64,000 bases of DNA from Octopus bimaculoides (taxonomy: Eukaryota): positions 71,450,528-71,514,527 of the forward strand of contig NC_068985.1 of assembly GCF_001194135.2 (NCBI RefSeq), written 5' to 3'. This document shows, in pieces, positions 14,170 through 26,188 of this stretch (positions are counted from its first letter, which is position 1; each line of letters opens with the position of its first letter). The notes below the pieces were generated by a model. It saw only the letters and a program-made list of their open reading frames with translations, did no database searches and was not told the DNA's origin. Made by a program: the position numbers and the translations under genes.

Positions 14170-14333
14170 TCTCTCTCAACTAGGGATCTATATTAAAACA
14201 ATGAACCTGCCTGGACTTGCCGACTTATTTATTACATTTCCTTGGTTTAGCAATTTTCCCTTTCTCTCTGCTCTTATCTAGCTATTAGTTATTAGCTACC
14301 TAGATAGACCGACATCTATCTATCTATCATTCA

Positions 14334-14397
<64 letters not shown>

Positions 14398-14886
14398 GTC
14401 TGTCTATCTTTTACTCCTATTCCATCATTTTATTTGCGTGTCTAACTCCTTCTCCCTGTCAAACTTTCTCTCTTCTTTCTGTGTGTATCTATTGAGAGAG
14501 ACAAATAAACTCACAAGACAAGGAGACTGTGTGTGTGTAGGTGTGTGCGTGTGCGTGCGTGTGCGTGTACGTGTGGAATCGTTCACCTATCTAGCTACCT
14601 ATCCTTATCAATGCCATACACACACACACTGTCTCTTTTTCTGTCCTTATCTCGCTATCTCTATTTATATCTACAATTATCTGATTATATGGTAAGGTGA
14701 AGTTGAGAGGATATAAATTCTGACAATCTATCATTCTCTATTAATCAATATTTGTTTATCGATTAATCTATCTACCTATTTATTTATATTATATCTGTAG
14801 CTATTAATATGTTAGTCTCCCTCCTCTTTTTCTCGCTCTCCCACTCAAACATACATACGTACATTATATATATATANNNNNNNNNN

Positions 14887-14921
<35 letters not shown>

Positions 14922-15082
14922 GTCTGTCTATCTTTTACTCCTATTCCATCATTTTATTTGCGTGTCTAACTCCTTCTCCCTGTCAAACTTTCTCTCTTCT
15001 TTCTGTGTGTATCTATTGAGAGAGACAAATAAACTCACAAGACAAGGAGACTGTGTGTGTGTAGGTGTGTGCGTGTGCGTGC
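14887..15082 (+). repeat. Identical direct duplicate of ~14377-14560 lying between two N gaps (probable assembly artefact)
   Basis: No difference seen over the ~160 non-microsatellite bases; bounded by gaps 14877-14886 and 15083-15182. Confidence 0.85.
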
Positions 15083-15638
15083 NNNNNNNNNNNNNNNNNN
15101 NNNNNNNNNNNNNNNNNNNNNNNNNNNNNNNNNNNNNNNNNNNNNNNNNNNNNNNNNNNNNNNNNNNNNNNNNNNNNNNNNNGTGTGTGTGTGTATGTAT
15201 GTATGTATGTATGTATGTATGTATGTATAGACGGGATTCTTTCAGTTTTCTTCCACTTCGTAATCATGTAGCATCAAGTTCAATACCATTGTATGTAATT
15301 TTGAGATAATGTCATCTATAATAGTCGTGGGTCAACTGAAGCCTTATTGGTGAAACTTGGTCAGTGGAGACTGTGCTGAAGTCCGTCGGAGAGACAATTT
15401 TATTCTTAGGTGATAGAATTAATTAGTCGCATGGTTCAACAGCCCTGGATTTGGATGCACTCTACGAAATACGAGTCAGTTTCAAACAATCATTTCAGGT
15501 CTTCGGTTGGGAAATAATTTATCCCATTCCTTCCACTCATCTTGAAGGCACTAAAAAATGTCGTAGATGCTATTTTTTACTCTTTTGACCGAGTCATGTT
15601 GCCAAACAATTCTACATGTGCATATATAGACAGATAGG

Positions 15639-15715
<77 letters not shown>

Positions 15716-15724
15716 GGATGGATG

Positions 15725-15789
<65 letters not shown>

Positions 15790-15944
15790 AACTTTGATAA
15801 GTGCCGACGCAGGAAACTCTCGGGCCCTGAATCACTCTATTGCTCATGCTAAAGATTAATAAAAAAAAATATACATGTACTCTTATTTCGATTTCTATTT
15901 TTCCTGTTTGCATCACCATACCCGAATTACATATATAATGTGTG

Positions 15945-16011
<67 letters not shown>

Positions 16012-16473
16012 TCTAACACGCTTACTTATCGATATATCTATCTATAAACACTTCAGTCTGTCCCTGTACCTATCTATTTCTCTCTCTCTTTGTATATATC
16101 TATTTACTCTATCCATGTTTATCTATCATTCTATCTTATATACCATATTCATTTGTCATATCTATGTATGTCTCTGCTAACTCCCTCGTCTCTCCCACTC
16201 CGCTTTTCCTCCTCTTAAACTTTCTCTGACCATCAAGTTAATACATTCACTATATATACGTCCGTTCGACTTCGGTTGTTTTCCCTGTTTGTGTTTTAAT
16301 TTATATATATAGTAGAATAAGGATTCAGAATCAGGTACTTGAAAAGATATGCACCAGGTAGGGCTGGATAAACGTGTCGTTGGTAAGTATCAAATAAGAT
16401 ATTCCGGTTGCGTACATTTCAGTTATTATACATTTGAGTGTGTGTGTGTGTTTATACACAAACATACATATAC

Positions 16474-16508
<35 letters not shown>

Positions 16509-16517
16509 GAGAGAGAG

Positions 16518-16548
<31 letters not shown>

Positions 16549-16639
16549 GACAGACAGACAGACAGACAGACAAAAGTGGAGGAAGACGATCAAGACTCAA
16601 GATTGGTTTCTATGTCTTGTCTAGTGGATCTGAGATGAC

Positions 16640-17120
16640 AGTGGCCAATGAGGTTTGTCCAACGAGGTCTCCTCTCATACATGTAAAACACCAGATTGAA
16701 TCAGACTCTACAATTGGAGTTGGTTTAAAGCAAGCAGCTCCCGGAAGTCAGCCATGATGTCAAGCAGTTTGAGATATGATTTTTAGAAGTCACTGAGAAC
16801 CTTTCTTTCCCGCCACCCCCAGCACTGAAGCTTCACTGACTGCGTTCGACATAGAGGAAGAGCTCTTGGATGCGGTATTTCGGCATATTAGCAAGTGGTG
16901 AGTTGCTCCGCATATTCCAGTTTCCATGTTTCACAAGCATGAAGGATGGTTATGAGAGCAACAGCGAGGTAGACATTCAGCTTTGCAATGCGGCTGATAC
17001 CTCTGCGCTTTCACACGTTCTCCTGCAGTCAGCCAAAAGTAGTGCTGGCTTTTGAGATCCTGCTGTTGATCTTTCTCATCGATGTTTACTGTTCTTAGAA
17101 AGCTGCTGAGGTAGGTGAAC
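16640..17120 (-). mobile_element. Decayed RTE-clade (BovB-like) LINE, C-terminal reverse-transcriptase region
   Basis: Minus strand gives FTYLSS...NSRISKASTTFG*LQENV*KRRGISRIAKLNVYLAVALITILHACETW, then GGGKERFSDF*KSYLK. This matches RTE motifs FxYLGS / RIxKAxxxFGRL / KLxVYxAxVLxxLLYACETW, with stops and frameshifts. Confidence 0.85.
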
Positions 17121-17629
17121 CAGTCAAGTGCATGTGTGTATGTATGTATGTATGCATGTATGTATGCATGTATGCATGTATGCGTGTATGTGTGTTTATA
17201 TCTAGGTAGGTAGGTAGGTAGGTAGGTAGGTTTTTAGGTAGGTAGGTAGGAGTGTATATGTACGTACATATGTATAATCTTTTACAACATACAAACATGC
17301 ACACACATATACACAGACACATACATACATACATAAACATACACGCATACGTACATACATACATGCATACATATAGACACATACATACATACACACACTC
17401 ACATAGTTACATACATACATATATACATACACACATACATACATACATACATACATACATACACACATATATACACACACTCACATAGTTACATACATAC
17501 ATACATATATACATACAGACAGAAACATACACACATATGTACATACATACATGCATACATACACACATACATACACACACACATACATACATGCATGCAT
17601 GCATACATACATATATACATGCATGCATG

Positions 17630-17662
<33 letters not shown>

Positions 17663-18229
17663 TTGTACGTATCAGTTCAATCATTGCTACTGCAGTAAGT
17701 GTACATAACATTATTACACTCTACACCCACAACAAAAATTATATCCGACTCACCCAACTTGCACCAACAGCCCCAACACAACCAGCCACCCTGTTGCCAC
17801 CAACAACAACACCGCTCACCACCACCAGTAACAACACCGCTACTACCGCCACCAATAAACGACCAGCCACCAGGACAATGTCCATTAGCTGCAATACATC
17901 TTTAGCTATAAAGCTATAAAAAGAATCTAGATTTGGTCCAGTGCTTCTGGTTAACATTAGAACATGATTAACTGGCCTGCCTCTCTCCTTCACCATACTA
18001 AACCGCCATTACGTCAAGAACAACAATAACTCCAGCAGAAACAACGCACACTTTGCCAATAGCGATAGCTACTACCCTAAGCAAACCAATGAACAACCAT
18101 AATGCACGATAAAAAAAATGTTTACACACATATCTATCCATATTCATGAGAAGAAGAAGAAAAAAATAATCACATACGCACGCATACACCCGTACACACA
18201 TAAATATATGACGTAGGTAGACGAGAAGA

Positions 18230-18660
18230 GTCTTTATGTGGTCACTCAGTCAGCTGAAAATAACAGCAAAACCCGGCTTAACTAACACGTTATTGTCTTT
18301 AATAAGGATATATTGTAGGTCCCTCGTATTCAAAAGAGCGAACTGGTCATAATTGGGATGTCTTTTGATCATAGCTCTGCCAATTCAGAGATGACCTGAA
18401 GCTAGATTAAGTACATCGAGCCAACGGTAGAAACTCATACGTATTAATACGACCTACTAGAAATAGCAGCTAAATTTAACTTAAAGCAGATGCCACCCTC
18501 TCGAGAGAAAAAAAAATGGAGATGGTCATTGGATAATGTAGAGCTAAAGACATTATATCAGAACAAAAAATACAAGACAGGATGGGCGAGGCTGGAAGAC
18601 CTTTGATAATAGGCTTGCTCGAGCAGAGATGACCTGGAGCTAAGTATTAATATCAACAGC
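18230..18660 (+). mobile_element. Two tandem AAC-tailed retroposon copies
   Basis: GTGGTCACTCAG...TTTGATCATAGCTCTG...GACCTGAAGCTA and CTAGAAATAGCAGCTAAAT...GACCTGGAGCTAAG. Confidence 0.65.
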
Positions 18661-19783
18661 AGCTGTATATATTACCGTATTATCCTGTACGTACACATGT
18701 GTATATATGTATTTATAAATATGTTCATATATATACTTACATGCTAATCATATATATTACATTTATAGGTATTTATTTACGGCTGAGATTCCGAGTTCGA
18801 TCTCAATGCATGGCTTATTTAAATAAGTAACTTGCCTGAAAACGCTGGGCGCTTACAGATGAAACTCAGAGTAGCAACAGACTGACTCGATCAAAATAAA
18901 ATATATTATTAATCTCTGTTATGGTTCTGATAACTCGTTCTTTCGACAGTCAACATCAAACGTGTGCGCGCGCGTGTGTGTGAGGGACATTAAGAGAGAG
19001 TACATATACATTTATGCGTTCATATGCATACACACACAAACACACACGTGCGTGTAAGTGCGTGTGTGTGTGTCGGCACAGGTATGGCTGTGTAAGTGAA
19101 TTTGACGGAAACTGCGTGGAAGCCCGACGCACATCTGGGTGTGTATGCATGTGTGTTGTGTTTGTCTCCACTGCTTCGCAACCGGTGTTGGTTTCTTTAC
19201 GTCCCCATAACTTAATGGTTCGACAAAAGAGACATAAAGACAAGTATTTGGGATCGGTTCGTTCGACTTAACCCCTTCAAGATGACGGCCTTCGGCATGG
19301 GTGCAGTCCAGTTACTTGAACATGTGAAAGCTAAAAAATAAAGATATATATATAAAAAGATAAAGGTGTAAATAAAAGACACACACACACACACACACAC
19401 CTGCAGCCTTGTCACGCAGAATATCATCCCAATTCTGTCTGAGGATTATACCAAGGATAGAAGTATTTCTGGAGCACTCAACCGTTTGCATTATAATTCT
19501 ACGAGTAGGTAATTCAGTTGATCGATCAACTTGCAATATTTATTATCAAAAGCCAACAGATGATCCTTTTACTTATTATTTATTTATATACTAATATTAT
19601 TAACAGACGATATTCATAACGTTTGCTTAAAATGGCAATCGGTTACTTCCCTTTGAGATCTAAGTTCAAATCTGACAGACACCATTTTTTTTCTTGACTT
19701 CTTTATCTTTTAGCTTTCTTTGGTTGATATGCTATAAAGATTGATTCATATATGTGTGTGCGCATGTGTGTGTGTGTGTGTGT

Positions 19784-20156
19784 GTGGCTGTGTGATAAGA
19801 AGCTTGCTTCCCAACCACATAGTTCCGGGTTCAGTCTCGCTGCGTGGCGTCTTGAGCAAGTGTCTTCTATCATAGACTCAAGCTGACCAAAGCCTTGAGT
19901 GGATTTGGTAGACGGAAACTGAAAGAAGCCTGCCGTGTATACATATGTGTGTGTGTTTGTCCCTCCACCACCATCGCTTGACAACTGATGCTGGAGTGTT
20001 TAGGTCCTCGAAACTTAGCAGTTCGGCAGAAAAGACCGATAGAATAAGCACTAGACTTACAAAGAATAAGTCCAGGGGTGGATTTCTTCGACTAAAAGAC
20101 GCTGCTCCAGCTTGACCACAGTCAAATGACTGAAACAAGTAAAAGAATAAAAGAAT
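19784..20156 (+). mobile_element. Near full-length family A SINE
   Basis: GTGGCTGTGTGATAAGAAGCTTGCTTCCCAACCAC...GGGTTCAGTC (B-box-like)...CAGTCAAATGACTGAAACAAGTAAAAGAATAA; colinear with 55876-56273. Confidence 0.9.
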
Positions 20157-20171
20157 ATATTATATACTTAT

Positions 20172-20522
20172 ATCTTTTACTTGTTCGAGTCATTAGACTG
20201 CGGCCATGCTGGGGCACCGCCTTGAAGAATTTTTTTGTGTCGAATGAATTGACCCTAGTATATTTTTTTTAATTTTCTGCGCTTGATATGCATATTATCT
20301 TTCTTTTTCGCCAAAATGCTTGGTTACGGGGATGTGAACACACCAACACAGGTTGTCAAACGGTAGTAGTGGAACAAACACAGCCACAAAGACACACACA
20401 CACACACACACATACTCACAAGGCTTTGTTTAGCCCGAAGCAATTGTAGAAAATACTTGTCCAAGGTGCCATGCAATGGGACTGAACCCCGGAACGATGT
20501 GATTGGAAAGCAAGTTTCGACC
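20172..20522 (-). mobile_element. Family A SINE, tail-to-tail with the previous copy
   Basis: TCTTTTACTTGTT...GCGGCCATGCTGGGGCACCGCC...CAAGGTGCCATGCAATGGGACTGAACCC is the reverse complement of family A. Confidence 0.85.
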
Positions 20523-21230
20523 ATTCTTACTTTATTTTAAGGAGATTTATACACCTAGGACTACAATTCTCAATATCTTCTCTGTTTATACATAGTATGA
20601 TTTGTTGGAAGTTCGCTATTATATTCTAGCAGTTCCCTCGGTGGATCAAGTGCCTGATTATGGCTTAGTAGTAATACAGTAATCCGTTATTCTGTTTAAT
20701 ACTACCACCGCCACTCCACGGTACTTGATCGCCATTAGTAGGGTTTTAACTCTTTTGCTAGTATTCAGTAGGGATTTCCTGTCTGAGGATAACTTTCTCC
20801 TTTCCATCCACCAATTCTGAAGACCCTAAAAAAGATTGTGAATGATGCCTTACCTCCTCTGACTTAGCGATGAAGAATGAATATCTGATGCCATAATTGT
20901 GCATTTTCCGAACTTAAAAATTTCGAAATGCATTTGTTGGCAATCTTTCGGTACTAGTAGACGACATCATTCACCAACACAACGATGGAAAAAGCGGTGA
21001 ATGATGTTACTTACTAATACCGAAGGATTTCCCATTTATTTATTACGTAACTATATGAGTCACAGTAAATAAAAACTAAAGGTATAGTTTATTGATAATC
21101 ACTTTACCAGTTGCTAAATGCACAGTAATTAGGGCTCAACAAATAAAAACTGCCTCAGATAAAACACTTTCAAAATAGAGAAAGCGGATGTAAACAAACG
21201 AACAGGTTAGCGGCATTTTGTTGTTGCTGC

Positions 21231-21274
<44 letters not shown>

Positions 21275-21750
21275 TTTGTTGTTTTTTTCTCAAAAGTACC
21301 ATTAGCTAGCTTGTGGATGTCGTTGTTACTAGATGCAGTTATTTTGCAGATTTATTGTAATAAACAAATAAGGGATATTTGCCTCTTACACGCCACCAAA
21401 ATCCACTCTTAGTCATTTGGTCATATTTTTATTTATATACACGAATGATTAAGCAGGGGTAAAAATGGAGAGAGAGAGAGAGAGAGAGAGAGTGTGTGTG
21501 TGTGTGTGCGTGCGAGAGAGAGAGAGAGAGAGAGTGCGCATGAACGTTGCCCTTGAGCTACGACTAAACGATTTTTTAAATAATATGGAAATAGTTGCAA
21601 ACATGGCTCAGTGGTTACGAAATTCGTGTCGCAGTCAAATAGTTCCGCGTTCGATTCCACTGCACAGCGACTCGATTATGTGCTTTCTACCATTGACTCA
21701 GTTTCCTTAAACGAACCACACGGTGTGTATGTGATGTGTATACATACATA

Positions 21751-21787
<37 letters not shown>

Positions 21788-22095
21788 ATTCCCAAACGCA
21801 GAAACACGCACACATATATACTTGTATAAGATATATATACACACACTCACATATACATAAAATGAGAATAGAAGGATTTTACGTTTATTTAACATTAGAA
21901 TATATTGAATAAACATAAAATCTATCTCCATTTTAGTTTTCTATGCGTACTCTGTGTTCGAAAGATCGATGGATAACTACATCAAAATATCTTCTCATTG
22001 CAACTTTATAACTATATATAATGTTATAATCGAACACAAGGAATTCTAAACATTGGTTTAGCTATATACCAAACTTTGTATACTGCACCACACAA

Positions 22096-22129
<34 letters not shown>

Positions 22130-23380
22130 TGTTCCCAAATTTAAACAAAAACACAACGAAGAACCAAACGGAAAATCTGTACACGTCAGTTATCATCCAA
22201 AAAATCCTTACAATTTCNNNNNNNNNNNNNNNNNNNNNNNNNNNNNNNNNNNNNNNNNNNNNNNNNNNNNNNNNNNNNNNNNNNNNNNNNNNNNNNNNNN
22301 NNNNNNNNNNNNNNNNNNNNNNNNNNNNNNNNNNNNNNNNNNNNNNNNNNNNNNNNNNNNNNNNNNNNNNNNNNNNNNNNNNNNNNNNNNNNNNNNNNNN
22401 NNNNNNNNNNNNNNNNNNNNNNNNNNNNNNNNNNNNNNNNNNNNNNNNNNNNNNNNNNNNNNNNNNNNNNNNNNNNNNNNNNNNNNNNNNNNNNNNNNNN
22501 NNNNNNNNNNNNNNNNNNNNNNNNNNNNNNNNNNNNNNNNNNNNNNNNNNNNNNNNNNNNNNNNNNNNNNNNNNNNNNNNNNNNNNNNNNNNNNNNNNNN
22601 NNNNNNNNNNNNNNNNNNNNNNNNNNNNNNNNNNNNNNNNNNNNNNNNNNNNNNNNNNNNNNNNNNNNNNNNNNNNNNNNNNNNNNNNNNNNNNNNNNNN
22701 NNNNNNNNNNNNNNNNNNNNNNNNNNNNNNNNNNNNNNNNNNNNNNNNNNNNNNNNNNNNNNNNNNNNNNNNNNNNNNNNNNNNNNNNNNNNNNNNNNNN
22801 NNNNNNNNNNNNNNNNNNNNNNNNNNNNNNNNNNNNNNNNNNNNNNNNNNNNNNNNNNNNNNNNNNNNNNNNNNNNNNNNNNNNNNNNNNNNNNNNNNNN
22901 NNNNNNNNNNNNNNNNNNNNNNNNNNNNNNNNNNNNNNNNNNNNNNNNNNNNNNNNNNNNNNNNNNNNNNNNNNNNNNNNNNNNNNNNNNNNNNNNNNNN
23001 NNNNNNNNNNNNNNNNNNNNNNNNNNNNNNNNNNNNNNNNNNNNNNNNNNNNNNNNNNNNNNNNNNNNNNNNNNNNNNNNNNNNNNNNNNNNNNNNNNNN
23101 NNNNNNNNNNNNNNNNNNNNNNNNNNNNNNNNNNNNNNNNNNNNNNNNNNNNNNNNNNNNNNNATTTTTTTTTTCAAGCGTTTGATTCTTGGGATGGTAT
23201 AATTACATTTGCACACATATACACAAATATATATTCATATATGCAAACATATGTGCAAACATATGTGCAAACATATGTGCAAACATACATGCATGTATGA
23301 AATAAGTGAAAAAAACAACAACACAAAATAACAATGAAACAGTTAATATATTAAGTTAACGTTCAAAGAAATAAAGGTTT

Positions 23381-23420
23381 GTTTTAAGGTTTCGAACGTA
23401 AGCCCTTCATCGGAAAAAAG
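23381..23420 (-). ncRNA. Degenerate minimal type I hammerhead ribozyme motif (Penelope-type), probably inactive
   Basis: Minus strand reads CTTTTTT-CCGATGA-A-GGGC(TTAC)GTTC-GAAA-CCTT-AAAAC. Helix I is TTTT/AAAA, helix II is 4 bp with two G:U, GAAA is intact, U4 is C and helix III ACGT is ACCT. Confidence 0.6.
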
Positions 23421-23521
23421 AGAATGCGAGAAAATGAATTGAAGGTGAGGGAAATAGTGAGCGGTGCGAGAAAAACACGCACACGCACACGCACACGCAC
23501 ACGCACACTCACACGCACACG

Positions 23522-23555
<34 letters not shown>

Positions 23556-23689
23556 AACGAACACACACACATACATACAGACACGCATTTACATATGTAT
23601 ACATATATACATATATATATATATATGTATACATATATATATACATACATTCATACATACATACATACATACATTCAGACATACATACA

Positions 23690-23751
<62 letters not shown>

Positions 23752-24810
23752 TACTGCTTGATGAGCCCGAAAGACGAAAAACAGTCGTGTCAGTGACGTT
23801 TCAGCTTCTATTAAATTATGCTCTCTCCCTCACACACGCACACACACACACACACACACATACACGCACGACAAGTATGTGTGTTTATGTACCTCAATGT
23901 TCTATGCGTTCATGTGACTATGGGACACACGAGCATTTTTCTATGCGTTTTCTTTTGTTGTTATTTTAGTAAGGGTTTGCGATGATGGGTCAGGTGGAGT
24001 GGGTGGGATCTCGTCTTCTTTCTTTTTTTTTGTTGTTGTTTTGGGTGGGAAGAGTTCCTATTTCTATTTTATTTTATTTCTTTTATAATTGTATCATTTG
24101 GTGATTTACCCATGAATCACGAGAGTAATATTTTGTCGCTGGGCTTTGTTTAGTGTGACGTGAGCAGGTGGGGTTGCAAAAGATTTCGACTGGGTGTATG
24201 ACGATGGATGTGGGTGCCTTCATGCCTCATTAAACACGGCTACTGTTCAAGCTATTCTTTAGCTGCCAACCAAAAGTATAAATTCTCTTCAATAACATGA
24301 AAATCATTTAAATTGATTTATCAGCTTTGGTCTCTGGAAATATTCGAGGGCTTGGTTTCTGACTAAACTAACATGGCACCATTATATTATTATTATTATT
24401 ACTATTATTATTATTATTAATATTATTATTATTATTATTGTTATCATTAACATCACCATCATCATCACCGTCATCATTGTCGTCGTCATTGTGTTTGTTT
24501 TAACATATACTGTTATTCATCTGAAATATCATCGCTGCCAGTGCTGTCTTTTGTCAAATAGACCACTGGAAGACGCCAGAATAGACGCCATCTGTAAACT
24601 CAATATTATCTAAAGAAACATCTATGTTGGTTACTACTAAAGCTGCCATTTTCGTGGTTACTTAAGCCCCATATCAGCTCGAACAGGCAAGCTTGTGATC
24701 AAAAGTATTCCAAGTGTGACCACTCTTTCTTTTTAGAGCTGTATGAATCTACGCTATGTAATGTTTCCTGCTTTGTTTATATTGGGTAAAACTGGTCCTC
24801 CATCAGGCAT

Positions 24811-25121
24811 GACAGCAAGGGTTCCAGTTGATCCGACCAACTGAGCAACCTACTCGTGAAATTGACGTGCGTGTGGTTGAGCACTTCAAAGATACGCCTA
24901 TAAGGCCGGTTTTCCGGATTCTGTGGCGTTTATATTTACCCATCCGCCCGAACGAGAGGCCGATCCATCGCAGGATTACTCATTTTTGCCAGGTGAGTGG
25001 ACTGGAACAACGTGAAATGAAGCGTTTTGCTCAAGAACACAGCGCATCACCCGATCCAAGATATGAGACCACGATCTTACGCTCACGAGTGCAACACCCT
25101 AACCACTAAGCCATGCCCCTC
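24811..25121 (-). mobile_element. Composite SINE: family D-type tRNA head and CORE-like domain joined to the family C 3' tail
   Basis: Minus strand head GGCATGGCTTAGTGGTTAGGGTG and body match 2570-2830 up to GAAAACCGGC. It then switches to GTGCTCAACCAC...AATTTCACGAG...GGATCAACTGGAACCC, as at 41190-41260. Confidence 0.75.
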
Positions 25122-25399
25122 TCCCCTGCCAAAAATAGCACCCAGAATTTTTTCAAACCACACTTAACCATTGTTTGAAAATGAAATGAATGTTCAGTAA
25201 TATATTCCGGCGGTATGGAATGCCTAAGAAGACAAAACGGTGATGGCTGGAAGGTCTCTAAAGATAGGTCTGTTTGATTTAGTTTGTTCTAGAAAGTTAC
25301 CACCTTTCCCCACAACCACTTCCACCACAACCAGCACAACAACAACAACACACAACCGTCACTAAATCCTATTTTCTTCAAACAAAGGGAGGAATTTCT

Positions 25400-25745
25400 C
25401 GATATGGTCGCTCAACTTAGTAGAAATAATCGCCAAATCTCCTTCATCTTGCTGTCTTGAACAACGACGTATATATTGAACAATATTCTTGGTATGCAAA
25501 AAGATGGAATGGTCACGACTGGAATGTGTTTAATCATAGGTCTGTCCTGTCAAGGTTAACCTGATGCTAAACAACAGCAAAAACAACGAACTTGCATCAT
25601 TCTGGCAATTGATGCAGCCTCTACGTGGCCGTCCAACAGTCTAGATATAGCAGACAAATGTCCTTCAATTCATACCTTGTTGTCTTAAAAAAAAGTATAC
25701 ATTGGATAATTTGTTTCTGAAAATTTTGATCACAGGTTTATTCTA
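25400..25745 (+). mobile_element. Two tandem AAC-tailed retroposon copies
   Basis: GATGGAATGGTCACGACTGGAATG...TCATAGGTCTG...AACCTGATGCTAAACAACAGC, then AGCCTCTACGTGGCC...CATTGGATAAT. Confidence 0.7.
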
Positions 25746-25922
25746 TTAGGGTTGACCAACAGTAGCACCATGATCATCTACAATCAGTGATGACCATCTC
25801 GTTATTGCTTTGAACTTAGTATCCCTGGCTAGTTTATTGCTATATGATGGTAGTTGAGAGAGATTGAGTGGTGTTTGACATCTGTGCCTCTGTGTGTGCA
25901 AGTGTACGTATGTGTATGAGCA

Positions 25923-25965
<43 letters not shown>

Positions 25966-26121
25966 NNNNNNNNNNNNNNNNNNNNNNNNNNNNNNNNNNN
26001 NNNNNNNNNNNNNNNNNNNNNNNNNNNNNNNNNNNNNNNNNNNNNNNNNNNNNNNNNNNNNNNNNNNNNNNNNNNNNNNNNNNNNNNNNNNNNNNNNNNN
26101 NNNNNNNNNNNNNNNNNNNNN

Positions 26122-26188
<67 letters not shown>

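Noticed and set aside
16310-16390. Exon candidate ending at TTG|GTAAGT
   Set aside because: All three frames from the nearest acceptors hit stops, and the peptide resembles nothing I recognise.
20755-20826. Protein-coding homology with 27148-27219 (GSSELVDGKEKVILRQE vs GSLRLVGGKEEIIYRQE)
   Set aside because: The 24 differences fall 8/7/9 on codon positions 1/2/3, so there is no third-position bias, and in-frame stops are nearby. Kept only as a nucleotide repeat.
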